Shown in pieces: positions 11,401 through 19,078 of a stretch of DNA of 25,980 nt. Every line of letters starts with the position of its first letter. Within the stretch, counting starts at the first letter, position 1. The stretch comes from a virus (lineage: Duplodnaviria > Caudoviricetes), in the IMG/VR virus record IMGVR_UViG_3300048670_000210, positions 1-25,980 of that record; one strand, written 5' to 3'. The position numbers were made by a program, and so were the translations under genes. The notes beneath the pieces were generated by a model. It worked only from the letters and a program-made list of their open reading frames with translations. It made no database searches and had not been told where the DNA came from.

Positions 11401-11447
11401 CAATAGTACCAAAGGTTAAAGATATGAGAGGTATTGTTGTATTATGA
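5481..11447 (+). CDS. VrlC/DUF4815-type virion baseplate protein, middle and C-terminal part (1988 aa)
   Basis: Motifs F.LDNGQRD..Y, LDFRP, KRYTMRDIGKLE.RI.NLEYYTSLSLLE, KNG.IVD.F.GH, DPLAQTF, QPY.GVFFKS.N.STW, SPVIDL and F..FAIKI...S.N...VPKVKD.R are all typical of the C-terminal part of this family. Confidence 0.85.
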   Translation: MPEIKFTTTISNPTISQQNSLTEYALKTASISKQNVVKIVCNSPFRGEAISAYDETEPSTFIDGYNNVNESPYIVKQFDERGYVTAWGYLLRYVPGDTQQTFYIEIQEGNFSLKNGVIFNNKKAKNSVSVDGGKLFGYGSSIREITTLTNVYKLTAVYDEAGQYRYKWLGDGYSDAELEWDFGNFTGGNYLKFKQKSSTTNQNTSENDIDIATGKIIAVLVGASTSTVSVIVDFNKEINEFEYGAETDYYIEDINATTPCARYYVDVSEQLTKGSTIVQEITFGDDVTLDVNSTTYVPTVTSSSPSNRVYQYDWRFTRQIEDGAQIYEGIDPTQSAQGLIEGSVLGWFAYSKQLYVIISGSQFRIDCGTIYQRTSTSGTEYLGGNGIHSISEPIHGFFLNIKEEYTPDIKGAFIPSTSSYIVQNVDPTVIRGWYSDQQYSPGSIVVQYNEDDENDYISARVVKWIHPNSFGESLLTPSRLILEYPLIEAAKFNFMLNSGAYENKIVPLNQDRASWKYTLTNTVITGSGMIENTHYKYEQILNYDDYRGQLLNEGPSFYINGPRINNYGVALGTCGIRNITPTDKVGIYDVSLFSIEPNINFNIGDIKKYFNSLTYSSLYQTSILFEINTNSVEINYISVDKSVDGTLETGDIITTNLGSYGIINSIIRDSDGVLRKLIVKRSSTSSAITEDEIIQTYKRRGNIFNIADKLLTVTENIPLSNIFIENENSNGLLYPLERGYYFSKVKCPIDINYNKLIYSKFSGSSNTVTFQELQFGDLLFSPSNPNNYILYKTNDGSIKKIGSDSGLISYTNVNNVQTITIRKPSDIGASNFIFNGHFKGSLNANYRIKDLETKTNEYRRLIYDDISQIWYCYLTLSDIKDLLEVVKENADLTTSINLVDYFELDNGQRDDIYSFGKITLKSYKKKEFFDTLGLTESDYATIGVLRLKLSYTYYLHRRQNNNGLLYPTATASGPVIRESYVYGITAEQPTGIQIPLEEIGYYTIENKKYHLSSLLDFRPILKLENGVVLAEDENPLTANTEIDHLFSPTESIYGLQNTYYTSRIDNLYVNKDKQFIIQKGISSLSPVAPTIDSKYGMHIYTVYVPGYTINTKEIQYSKIENKRYTMRDIGKLETRINNLEYYTSLSLLEKEATDMVIKDADGNTRDKNGIIVDSFIGHSVGDVTNVDYNCSMDFSLGYLRPPFKTTKLKLRTNKQTEGTVVANFKETMSTNIENTFFIQNVGTGLYMLPFEQEIFIQQPLATQEQLLAPFDVVQYDGKIIIAPAVDDWVDITRKPDVTVNIDGNKDAWEKMVDILNNNNLAPWGTQWTEWKDVPGSRTTSILNRGHARGAGGVAQDLIKWDQTRTRLEGTKLVEKVETTDLGDKVVDFDIKHYTRPQTLDIYCTNFKPNTKFYAFYDGVNVEEFCSVVFSDLNRTGPITQADTERLVKFTDKENLPTGPRTDKNGNVHIKFTIPEGKFRTGDKLFVVTDSQKNDRYDDNTIMYGFATFSSSGLSMTKQRDIISVRSYDLAKDSVPVQEKRTQQQVRTWDPLAQTFFVDPIAYPDGIFLRSVDLCFADKDQNASVKVEIRPVVNGYPDSDKIYPNATSILPPSKVKALNELELLPNFDNADTVTTFTFDTPVYLAPGQHALVVRTDVTSYSTYVAEMGRNDIRTNQRVTQQPYQGVFFKSANASTWQADGNIDLMFRLNKCVFETGIKSHSFTVDTLNDFNNTFELDSSELTYELVNASVTYMDFNSCRLSLTSYLKNETTSSFDIIPVISKTDLYLKQPYKLTKSDFPDANTIGYRLILETNNQSKHVSPVIDLQQSGIFFIKNMIDTAELNASGTPKTELITSELLPKSILKAGTIAQTTPACVRYITKPVTLADEFTAKNVKVYLSTCLPSGTNIDVYIKAKPTLIKDNFNNNEYQKLQYTGSEFTSIDENDYREMVFELPEDISEFNQFAIKICLYSLNSAIVPKVKDMRGIVVL

Positions 11448-11680
11448 ATAAATATATTAAGGTAGAAGGTAGGCCAGATTTGGTTCGTGATCCGTATACA
11501 GGAGCAATATTAAATTATAATTATGAAAAGTTAAATTCTTCTAAAAATATGGAAAATTTAAACAATAAATATAATATATTGGATAAAGAAATTCAGCAAA
11601 TAAAATTTAATATTTCAGATATTAAAAATTTACTTTTATCAGTTTTAAATAAAGAAGAGAGATCTAATGGCAATAGATAA
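11444..11680 (+). CDS. Small conserved T4-like phage protein with C-terminal coiled coil
   Basis: IKVEG..DLVRD..TGAILN followed by a heptad-like LDKEIQQIKFNISDIKNLL, as in the small ORF that typically follows VrlC in cyanomyoviruses. ATGA overlap with the upstream stop. Confidence 0.75.
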   Translation: MNKYIKVEGRPDLVRDPYTGAILNYNYEKLNSSKNMENLNNKYNILDKEIQQIKFNISDIKNLLLSVLNKEERSNGNR

Positions 11681-14600
11681 CATTTTACCTAGTCAAACAT
11701 TTAACGATCTTTTAAATAGTGTAAATGATACTATTGATAGATTAAATGAAATTGAAATTTCAACTGCTGAAGATGGATCAGGTATATCAGTAGATAAAAA
11801 TACAAATGGAGATGCAACATTTTCTATAAATTTATGCTCATCTTCTGCACTAACAATAACAACAGATAATTGTTTAGAAGTAAATTTTTCATCATTATTA
11901 CAAACTGTAGAAATAGAACAAACAGATTTATTTTTAGCACAAACTGCATCAGGATTGAGAAAAGTTAAATCTGAAAATATATTACCTTATGTAATAAAGG
12001 GTGATCATGTTTTTTATGCTCAAGCAGCAAATTCTTATGTTTCATTTGAAACTGATTATTTATTATTAAATTCAAATAACATTTTATTTAAAAATCCATA
12101 TATTTATTTAAATTATTCTGTTGATACTAATAATAATTTTCCATTAAATACAACATTTAATGCTGGATTAAAAATAATTACAGAAGATGCTGGTCAGGTA
12201 AATTTTATATATGATGGTTCAATAAGCACTTGGCTTAGTAATAAAAATTTGGGTATTTCTGGAACTGAAGGTAGATTTATTTCAAAAACTGGTTCTAGTT
12301 CTAGTAATTTTACTTTTGGTTTATTGAATAGTCAAGCATTAAATTTAATTAAAATACAACATTCACCTTCTCAATATTGGGAAATATTTACAGAACCATC
12401 AAATAATAGTTTAAACTTTGGTTTAAATGCTTCAACAGATTCACAAGACGGAACAATATTTAAAATTTATACTGTAGCAGGAATCTCGACTCTTCATGTA
12501 ATGGAAAGAATTTATATTGGTGATATTGAAAATTCATTACAGTTTAAAAACACAACTAATTTTACATCGGGAAAGATTCCATTTAGTAATACAAATGGCG
12601 TGTTAAATTTTAAATGGACAAATAGATTTGTTACTGAAAATGTATTGGGAATGGTAAATGAGGGTGATATTGTTAGAATATCTACAGATACAGATTCCTA
12701 TGTAATTACAAGAGCAGATGCTACAACAGAAATAAATAGTGAAGCAATAGGTATAGTTGAAAAAATTCAAAATAGTTCAAAATATTATGTAGCACTTTCT
12801 GGAGAATTTGATGCCAGTACTTCTTCGTTATCTTTAACTAGAGGGGAAACATATTACTTATCAAAAACTCCGGGTCAATTAACTATATCAAAACCAAATA
12901 CAATAGTAAAACCAATATTAATTGCAACAGGTACAAAAACTGGTATTTTATTAAATTCTGCACAATCACAAACACCACTATACAAAACAATTCATCTAGT
13001 AGACGAAAATACTGATTTAAATCCAACTTCAGTAAACGATATATTATCAATCAAAGCGGGAACTGGTATAGCAATAACAAAAAATTCTAATCATGAATTA
13101 GAAATTTTTGCTTCAGGTGGTCCTGGGACACAACATACTTATAGTCAAGTTGGTGGATATACAGCAAGAACTCCAAATGATAAGTTAATATTTAGTGGTT
13201 TTAATGGAATAGAAATACAAGTTAGCCAAAGTTGGTCAGATACAGAAATAGAAATACATGCTCCAAATGGATTCGGTGTTTTTGAATTTACGGCAGACAA
13301 TACAGATCAAGAACAATTTACAATTCAATCGGCAACATCAAATGGTACATTTGTATTTAATGCTGGTGTTGGAATTAAATTTGATAGAGATACAAATGAT
13401 ATTGTTACAATAACTGCAACCGGAGATAGTCAACCCGGTTCTAGAACTGTTGGTAATAATGAATTACAATTAATGACTGCAAATTCTGTAAAAATAGGTA
13501 ATAGTTTTGGAACACCAACAGATTTACAAATTACGGATGAGGGGGTAGTTGGTAGATTTAGAGATGATTATGGTACATTAAGTAATCTAATAGTATTAAC
13601 ACCAACAACATTAAGAAAATTAATAAATGCAGCAGATACAGGAATATTAGAAGAAAACCAAAATACTTTTTCTGCTATTGAAGTTGAATATAACTCCTCT
13701 GTTACACTAATAGAATCAACTCAAAAAACTGATATTATTAGATTTAAGGCTGGAACTGGAATCGTATTACAAGGTGAAGAACAAACAGATGGTGATAAAA
13801 TTATCACAGTATCTCTAAATAGTTCATATTTTACATCATATGTTTCAGGATTTACAACAGTACATCTTCCAGATCATACATTTACATCTGGAAGTACCAG
13901 TTCAGTTTTAACATTTTCAGAAACATCCACAATTCTTCCACACAGCGTTAATACTAACAATATTGATGTTGGGTTTAATATAAAATCCTCATCAGTATTA
14001 AATATCCATTTATCGGATATGCCTGTTAATAGTATTAAAGGTAATAATGATAATACTGATGGAAGCGTAACTGATATAGTAATACAAGAAAATAATCTTT
14101 TTGGTAGACCAACTGGTGGATTCATTAAATCATTAAGTGGTTCTGAAGCAAGAACAATATTAGGATTAACGTCTAGTGTATATTACAAATCTGCTTCAAT
14201 AAATTATAGCGGAACGACAACACAATTACCAGCAACAACAGGTAATGAAACATTAAAATTTGTAGCAGGAACAAATATACAATTAACAACAAATGCAGCA
14301 AATCAAATTGTTATTTCTGCACAAGGTGGTATTCAGGAATATGGTGTTAAAGAAATTAAAATTAATAATGATACCGTCGCATATCCAACATCGTTATATT
14401 TTACATCCTCTTTAATTGCAGGAAATTCGGGTTACAAAAATATTATTTTAACAAAAACATATAACTCTACAACCAATAATTATTCTTTAAATATTGATAT
14501 GGGAGTGATGCCTGAAAATTCAATAAAAATTGCAACATCTACTTATATTACAAATAACAATGATATTAATGGATATGTGGCAGGAAATTTAGTAATAAAT

Positions 14601-15875
14601 ACAAATTCAGTTTTAGGTAGATTTAGCGGTCAACTATCTAGCATACCAATGAATCTTCTTGCAGGTTCTTTAGGTATTAATACATTTAATAGAGTGGAAT
14701 ATGAAACTACAGCAACAGCCACTAGTGGTTATACTACAGCACTATCTCTAACTAGCAAATTTAAATTAGTTGGTGGTAACGGTATTACAATAACTGGAAC
14801 AAATTTAGATGGTGTTTATGCAACACCAACCTTTACATTTACTGCAAATATGTCCAAACTATTTGATGATCTTACACCAAAATTAGCTAATAATTTAGAT
14901 TTAAATGGAAAATCTTTTACATCCTCTGGAATAGTATATTTTAAAAATAACAATAATAATATTATTGCAATAAATCCATCTCAACCATTTAATACAACTT
15001 TAAATATAATAAATTCGTTAGATCAAATAGAATTATCAGCTACAAAGTTTAATAGTATTTCCAGCATAGGGAATATTAAATTAACACCATATGGTACTGG
15101 CTCGGTTGTATTAGGTACGGGAAAATTGACTACAGGAATAAAAGATAATCAACAATTAAATATGTCATTAAATACTTTTGATAAAATAAGATTATCATCT
15201 GCTTCTTTAGCATCGCCTATTAAAATTTCATCAGATCAAAGTATATCTTTAATTACTAATTTTGGTAATAATATAGGATTCGGGTTTGATACCACAAATG
15301 AAATTGATGATCTGCGTATAACAAAAATAAATTCTGCAGAAGTTTTATTACAATCATATAATTCTAAAGATTTAATTTTAGGTGCAACTATGTCCGGCGG
15401 AGCATCCACAAAATCAATAATTTTTAGATCAAATATTAAATTTGATCCAACTTATTACGTAGACTCAGATATTAATGTTAAGGGTAAATTACAATTATTA
15501 GATTCTGCTGATCCAATCAATAGATCAAATTATATTAAAAAGGTTGTTAATGTCAGTTCAAGTAGTGACACACAAACTTTAGATACATTAACTTCTGATG
15601 AAATTGGTAATGTATATTATATCTTGATACAAGATGTTGCTAATTTAAATATTAAAAAAATGTTTACAGTTAAATTATTAAATGCCGGAGCACCTGAAAA
15701 TGCAACATTATTAGTTCAAGATGAAATGAAATCTTCTAATGCAATTTTAGACAATAATATCAATGGTTTAACTTTTGCTCATATATATAGAAGTGGATCC
15801 CTTAACTTCCGTATATCGGGAGTTGCATCGGGTAAGCAATATAAAGTCAGTTTTGTTAAAGTATCATTTAATTAA
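11667..15875 (+). CDS. Long fibre protein (tail, collar or whisker fibre), 1402 aa
   Basis: N-terminal TFNDL...VN anchor-like helix, repeated [FI]xAGxGI beta motifs, three MxxNS[IV]K repeats and a DLTPKLANNLDLNG motif. S/T/N/G-rich, and located just before gp13 where T4 has wac/gp12. Confidence 0.7.
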   Translation: MAIDNILPSQTFNDLLNSVNDTIDRLNEIEISTAEDGSGISVDKNTNGDATFSINLCSSSALTITTDNCLEVNFSSLLQTVEIEQTDLFLAQTASGLRKVKSENILPYVIKGDHVFYAQAANSYVSFETDYLLLNSNNILFKNPYIYLNYSVDTNNNFPLNTTFNAGLKIITEDAGQVNFIYDGSISTWLSNKNLGISGTEGRFISKTGSSSSNFTFGLLNSQALNLIKIQHSPSQYWEIFTEPSNNSLNFGLNASTDSQDGTIFKIYTVAGISTLHVMERIYIGDIENSLQFKNTTNFTSGKIPFSNTNGVLNFKWTNRFVTENVLGMVNEGDIVRISTDTDSYVITRADATTEINSEAIGIVEKIQNSSKYYVALSGEFDASTSSLSLTRGETYYLSKTPGQLTISKPNTIVKPILIATGTKTGILLNSAQSQTPLYKTIHLVDENTDLNPTSVNDILSIKAGTGIAITKNSNHELEIFASGGPGTQHTYSQVGGYTARTPNDKLIFSGFNGIEIQVSQSWSDTEIEIHAPNGFGVFEFTADNTDQEQFTIQSATSNGTFVFNAGVGIKFDRDTNDIVTITATGDSQPGSRTVGNNELQLMTANSVKIGNSFGTPTDLQITDEGVVGRFRDDYGTLSNLIVLTPTTLRKLINAADTGILEENQNTFSAIEVEYNSSVTLIESTQKTDIIRFKAGTGIVLQGEEQTDGDKIITVSLNSSYFTSYVSGFTTVHLPDHTFTSGSTSSVLTFSETSTILPHSVNTNNIDVGFNIKSSSVLNIHLSDMPVNSIKGNNDNTDGSVTDIVIQENNLFGRPTGGFIKSLSGSEARTILGLTSSVYYKSASINYSGTTTQLPATTGNETLKFVAGTNIQLTTNAANQIVISAQGGIQEYGVKEIKINNDTVAYPTSLYFTSSLIAGNSGYKNIILTKTYNSTTNNYSLNIDMGVMPENSIKIATSTYITNNNDINGYVAGNLVINTNSVLGRFSGQLSSIPMNLLAGSLGINTFNRVEYETTATATSGYTTALSLTSKFKLVGGNGITITGTNLDGVYATPTFTFTANMSKLFDDLTPKLANNLDLNGKSFTSSGIVYFKNNNNNIIAINPSQPFNTTLNIINSLDQIELSATKFNSISSIGNIKLTPYGTGSVVLGTGKLTTGIKDNQQLNMSLNTFDKIRLSSASLASPIKISSDQSISLITNFGNNIGFGFDTTNEIDDLRITKINSAEVLLQSYNSKDLILGATMSGGASTKSIIFRSNIKFDPTYYVDSDINVKGKLQLLDSADPINRSNYIKKVVNVSSSSDTQTLDTLTSDEIGNVYYILIQDVANLNIKKMFTVKLLNAGAPENATLLVQDEMKSSNAILDNNINGLTFAHIYRSGSLNFRISGVASGKQYKVSFVKVSFN

Positions 15876-15886
15876 TGGAGAATAGT

Positions 15887-16240
15887 ATGAAAGTAAAATT
15901 AAGCGATGTTTATGTTTCTGTTCCAGTATTAACTAAGGTTTTAGATCTAGAACTTCCTGTTAATATTTCTTACAAATTTATGAAATTAGTAAATAATTTA
16001 AATCAAGAATTGAAGAATATAGAAGAACAAAGAGTAAAGTTAGTTAAAAAATACAGTTCTAATGAAGAGGGTACAAACGTATCTGACGATAAGAAGAGCG
16101 AATTCTTAAACGAGTTTACTGGTCTTCTAAATGAAGAAATTGAAATAAATTGGGAAAAAATGGTATTAACTAATTTAGGAAACGATCTAAAGTTAACACC
16201 AAACGATTTAAATAAGGTTTCTTATCTATTTTCTGAATAA
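15887..16240 (+). CDS. Small helical hypothetical protein (DUF1617-like; possible fibre chaperone)
   Basis: GGAG at 15877-15880 favours the ATG at 15887 over the one at 15875. The pattern LP..ISYK..K.....N.EL...EE.R..L.KKY resembles helical proteins found downstream of phage fibres. Confidence 0.6.
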   Translation: MKVKLSDVYVSVPVLTKVLDLELPVNISYKFMKLVNNLNQELKNIEEQRVKLVKKYSSNEEGTNVSDDKKSEFLNEFTGLLNEEIEINWEKMVLTNLGNDLKLTPNDLNKVSYLFSE

Positions 16241-16286
16241 ATTTAAATCTCCTTATATATAAATATTATATAAGGAGAATTAAATG
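16241..16286 (+). promoter_or_regulatory. RBS-sequestering hairpin containing late promoter TATAAATA (16258-16265)
   Basis: Perfect 12-bp inverted repeat TCTCCTTATATA (16248-16259) / TATATAAGGAGA (16267-16278) with a 7-nt loop. After one A-A mismatch it extends by ATTTAA/TTAAAT, which covers the AT of the start codon. Confidence 0.85.
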
Positions 16287-17099
16287 AGGCTAAATAGTAG
16301 ACAAGAACTTAAAGATTACTGTCTTAGAAGGCTAGGATACCCCGTAATACAAATCAATGTTGATGATTCTCAAATAGAGGATCGTCTTGATGATGCTCTG
16401 CAATATTTTTCAGAGTATCATTTTGATGGCGTAGAAAGAGTATATTTAAGAAAACAAATTACTCAAGCGGATAGAACTAGGGGTTATATAGATCTTAAAG
16501 AACCAGTATTAGAGGATACAGCGAACAACATTAAGGCAGCACCAGCATTAGATCCAGATGGTAGATCTATTGTTAGTGTTGTTCGTTGTTATCAATTATT
16601 TGACACACTTGGCGGCACAGGCATGTTTGATGCTCGCTATCAAATAGCATTAAACGATCTATACGGCCTTAGAACAAACACATACAGTGATAGCCTCATA
16701 TCTTATGATTTAACCCGTAGACATATGCAGATGTTGCAAGACATTTTAACACCAGAAAAAAGTATAGAATTTAGTAGAGTAACAAACAGAATATATGTAA
16801 ATATGGATTGGAAACAACAAGTTACTTTAGGCGAATATATGATGTTTGAAGCCTATAAAATTCTTGATCCTGTAATGTACACAGAAATATATAATGATTG
16901 GCTTCTTAAAAAATATTGTACTGCAATAATTAAATTTCAATGGGGGCAAAATTTGTCTAAGTACGCAGGCGTTTCTTTGCCAGGTGGAGTAACTATGGAT
17001 GCAAATACAATTTTAACTGAAGCGCGTCAAGAAATGCAACAAATTGAAGAACAGATTCAAAGTAAATACGAACTTCCTCCAAACTTTATGGTAGGATAA
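16284..17099 (+). CDS. gp13: Neck protein gp13
   Basis: SRQELKDYCLRRLG.PVI.INVDD.Q.EDR.DDALQYF.EYHFDG at the N-terminus; WL.KY.TA.IK.QWGQNL.KY.GV.LPGGVT and YELPP...VG at the C-terminus. Confidence 0.95.
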   Translation: MRLNSRQELKDYCLRRLGYPVIQINVDDSQIEDRLDDALQYFSEYHFDGVERVYLRKQITQADRTRGYIDLKEPVLEDTANNIKAAPALDPDGRSIVSVVRCYQLFDTLGGTGMFDARYQIALNDLYGLRTNTYSDSLISYDLTRRHMQMLQDILTPEKSIEFSRVTNRIYVNMDWKQQVTLGEYMMFEAYKILDPVMYTEIYNDWLLKKYCTAIIKFQWGQNLSKYAGVSLPGGVTMDANTILTEARQEMQQIEEQIQSKYELPPNFMVG

Positions 17100-17102
17100 T
17101 AA

Positions 17103-17795
17103 ATGGCAACAAATCCCTTTGTAAATAATATAACTTATAAACCAACACAAAATTTGTTGGAAGAATTATCCATAGAATCCATAAAAATGTATGGATTGGA
17201 TGTATATTATATACCAAGAAGATTTACTAAAAAAAATTACATCTTTGGAGAAGACCCTCTATCTTACTTTAAAGATCATTTTAAAATTGAAGCATTTGTT
17301 GAAAATGCCACAGCATTTGAAGGTGAAGGTATTTTACTTGGAAAATTTGGTGTAGAAGTGCAACAAAATATAACACTAACAATTTCAAGAAAGAGATTTG
17401 CAGAAGAAGCAACAAAGATACCTACTCTATCAGATAGGCCAGTTCAATTAACTGCTCCTACTGTTGGAGATTTATTTTATTTTCCATTATCAAAAGCATT
17501 ATTTGAAATTAAATTTATAGATACACACCACGTATTCTTTCAACAAGGTCAGTTATACACATATTCAGTTAATTGTGAATTGTTTAAATATTCTATGGAA
17601 GAAATGGATACTGGAAATACAGAAATCGATTCAATTCAACAAGATATTGTTGGTGAGTTTGGAACAGATACTGATCCAGATAAAAAATATATTATGGATG
17701 TTAAAACTGATAATGATAATGAAGAATTACAATTAGATGGTGATAATATAATAGATTTTACTGAAAAAGACCCATTCTCACAAGGTAATTATTAA
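17103..17795 (+). CDS. gp14: Neck / head-completion protein gp14
   Basis: ESIKMYG.DVYYIPR, KFG.E, P..GDL.YFP....LFEIKF, CELF.YS.E..DTG..EID and IDFTE.DPF motifs; synteny after gp13. Confidence 0.95.
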   Translation: MATNPFVNNITYKPTQNLLEELSIESIKMYGLDVYYIPRRFTKKNYIFGEDPLSYFKDHFKIEAFVENATAFEGEGILLGKFGVEVQQNITLTISRKRFAEEATKIPTLSDRPVQLTAPTVGDLFYFPLSKALFEIKFIDTHHVFFQQGQLYTYSVNCELFKYSMEEMDTGNTEIDSIQQDIVGEFGTDTDPDKKYIMDVKTDNDNEELQLDGDNIIDFTEKDPFSQGNY

Positions 17796-18460
17796 TGTTT
17801 TCTACATTTTATCACTCAATTATAAGAAAAACTGTAACATCTTTTGGTACACTGTTCAATAACATTTACGTTGAAAGAACAGATGAACAGAGCAATAAAG
17901 TACAAAAAATTAAAATACCATTAACATATGCATCCAAAGAAAGAATGTTTCAAAGATTAAATATTAGTGTAGATTCACAGCAAACATATTCTACTCAAAT
18001 TGTTTTGCCGCGATTATCTTTTGCAATTACAGGTATCGAATATGATGCAGAGCGAAAAAGGAATCTTATACAAAAAAGATATTCATTAAAACCAGATGAA
18101 TCTGTTCAATACCATTACAGTGAAGTTCCATATAATATTCAATTTTCTTTATATGTATATGTTAGAAATGTTGATGATGGTCTACAAATAATAGAACAAA
18201 TATTGCCATATTTCAATCCTCAATTTAATATAACAATTAAACCAAGTATTTTAGAAGATCAAAATGAAAAATTAGATATTCCAATAGTATTGGGGCAAGT
18301 TATACCAAATGAAAACTATGAAGGAAATATGAAAGATGATTTGCATAGAATTTTAACATGGGAACTTCAATTTATTGCCAAAGTACAAGTCTATGGTCCA
18401 GTAAGAGATACTGGTCTAATAGAAAATGCAGACATTAATATTCATACTTGGGAGGAATGA
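17795..18460 (+). CDS. gp15: Tail sheath stabiliser / tail terminator gp15
   Basis: FYH..IRK.V..FGTLFNNI, LPRLSF....I.YD..RK, VPYN..F.L, DDGLQI.EQILPYF.P, DIPIVL and YGPV motifs. TAATG overlap with gp14. Confidence 0.93.
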   Translation: MFSTFYHSIIRKTVTSFGTLFNNIYVERTDEQSNKVQKIKIPLTYASKERMFQRLNISVDSQQTYSTQIVLPRLSFAITGIEYDAERKRNLIQKRYSLKPDESVQYHYSEVPYNIQFSLYVYVRNVDDGLQIIEQILPYFNPQFNITIKPSILEDQNEKLDIPIVLGQVIPNENYEGNMKDDLHRILTWELQFIAKVQVYGPVRDTGLIENADINIHTWEE

Positions 18461-18461
18461 T

Positions 18462-18629
18462 ATGGCTAAAATAGTTAATATAAACATTAAACCTATAGTA
18501 TATGAAAAAGATACCGATGGTGAATATGTTATAGATATTAATGGAGATAAACAAGTTTTGATTGCATATCCAAATGTTAAGTTAAATGATAGTTATGAAT
18601 ATAAAATTGTAATTACGGAATTTATATGA
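18462..18629 (+). CDS. 55-aa hypothetical protein, possibly the detached gp15 C-terminus
   Basis: Strong GGAGGA RBS at 18451-18456 supports the ATG at 18462 rather than 18426. The ORF exactly fills the gp15-gp16 gap and has an ATGA overlap with gp16. Confidence 0.7.
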   Translation: MAKIVNINIKPIVYEKDTDGEYVIDINGDKQVLIAYPNVKLNDSYEYKIVITEFI

Positions 18630-19078
18630 ATGAAAATTTAAATGAATTATTTAATATTGAAGAACCAACGCCAAACAGTGTTGGAGAAATACTACAAGCA
18701 TCTAAAAACAATTTAAATCAATCTGAAAATAAAATTTCAGATTTTGATGTAGATTATACTGAAGTTAGAGATAATTTAAAAAATCTTATTTCCAAAGGTT
18801 CTGCTGCAATAGATGGTATATTACATGTTGCCTCTGAAGGAGATTCCCCAAGAGCATATGAAGTTGTAGGACAATTGATCAAGAGTGTAGCAGATGCAAA
18901 TAAAGACTTAATAGAATTACATAAAAAGATCAAAGAAATTACAGATACTTCAGTTACAAACAACAATCAAACTCAAACTAAAATTGATAATGCAATATTT
19001 GTGGGTAGCACTGCTGATTTACAAAAAATGTTGCGGGGTCAGTTAGATCAAATAAAGCAACTAGAAAATGGCACATAA
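18626..19078 (+). CDS. gp16: Terminase small subunit
   Basis: DY..VR.NL..LI.KG..AI...L.VA.E.DSPRAYEV.GQLIK.VAD.N..L..L and NAIFVGST.DLQK.L motifs. Confidence 0.95.
   Translation: MNENLNELFNIEEPTPNSVGEILQASKNNLNQSENKISDFDVDYTEVRDNLKNLISKGSAAIDGILHVASEGDSPRAYEVVGQLIKSVADANKDLIELHKKIKEITDTSVTNNNQTQTKIDNAIFVGSTADLQKMLRGQLDQIKQLENGT

Noticed and set aside
18426-18461. Upstream start of the 67-aa ORF as listed in the track
   Set aside because: It overlaps the gp15 end, and the ATG at 18462 has a much better RBS.
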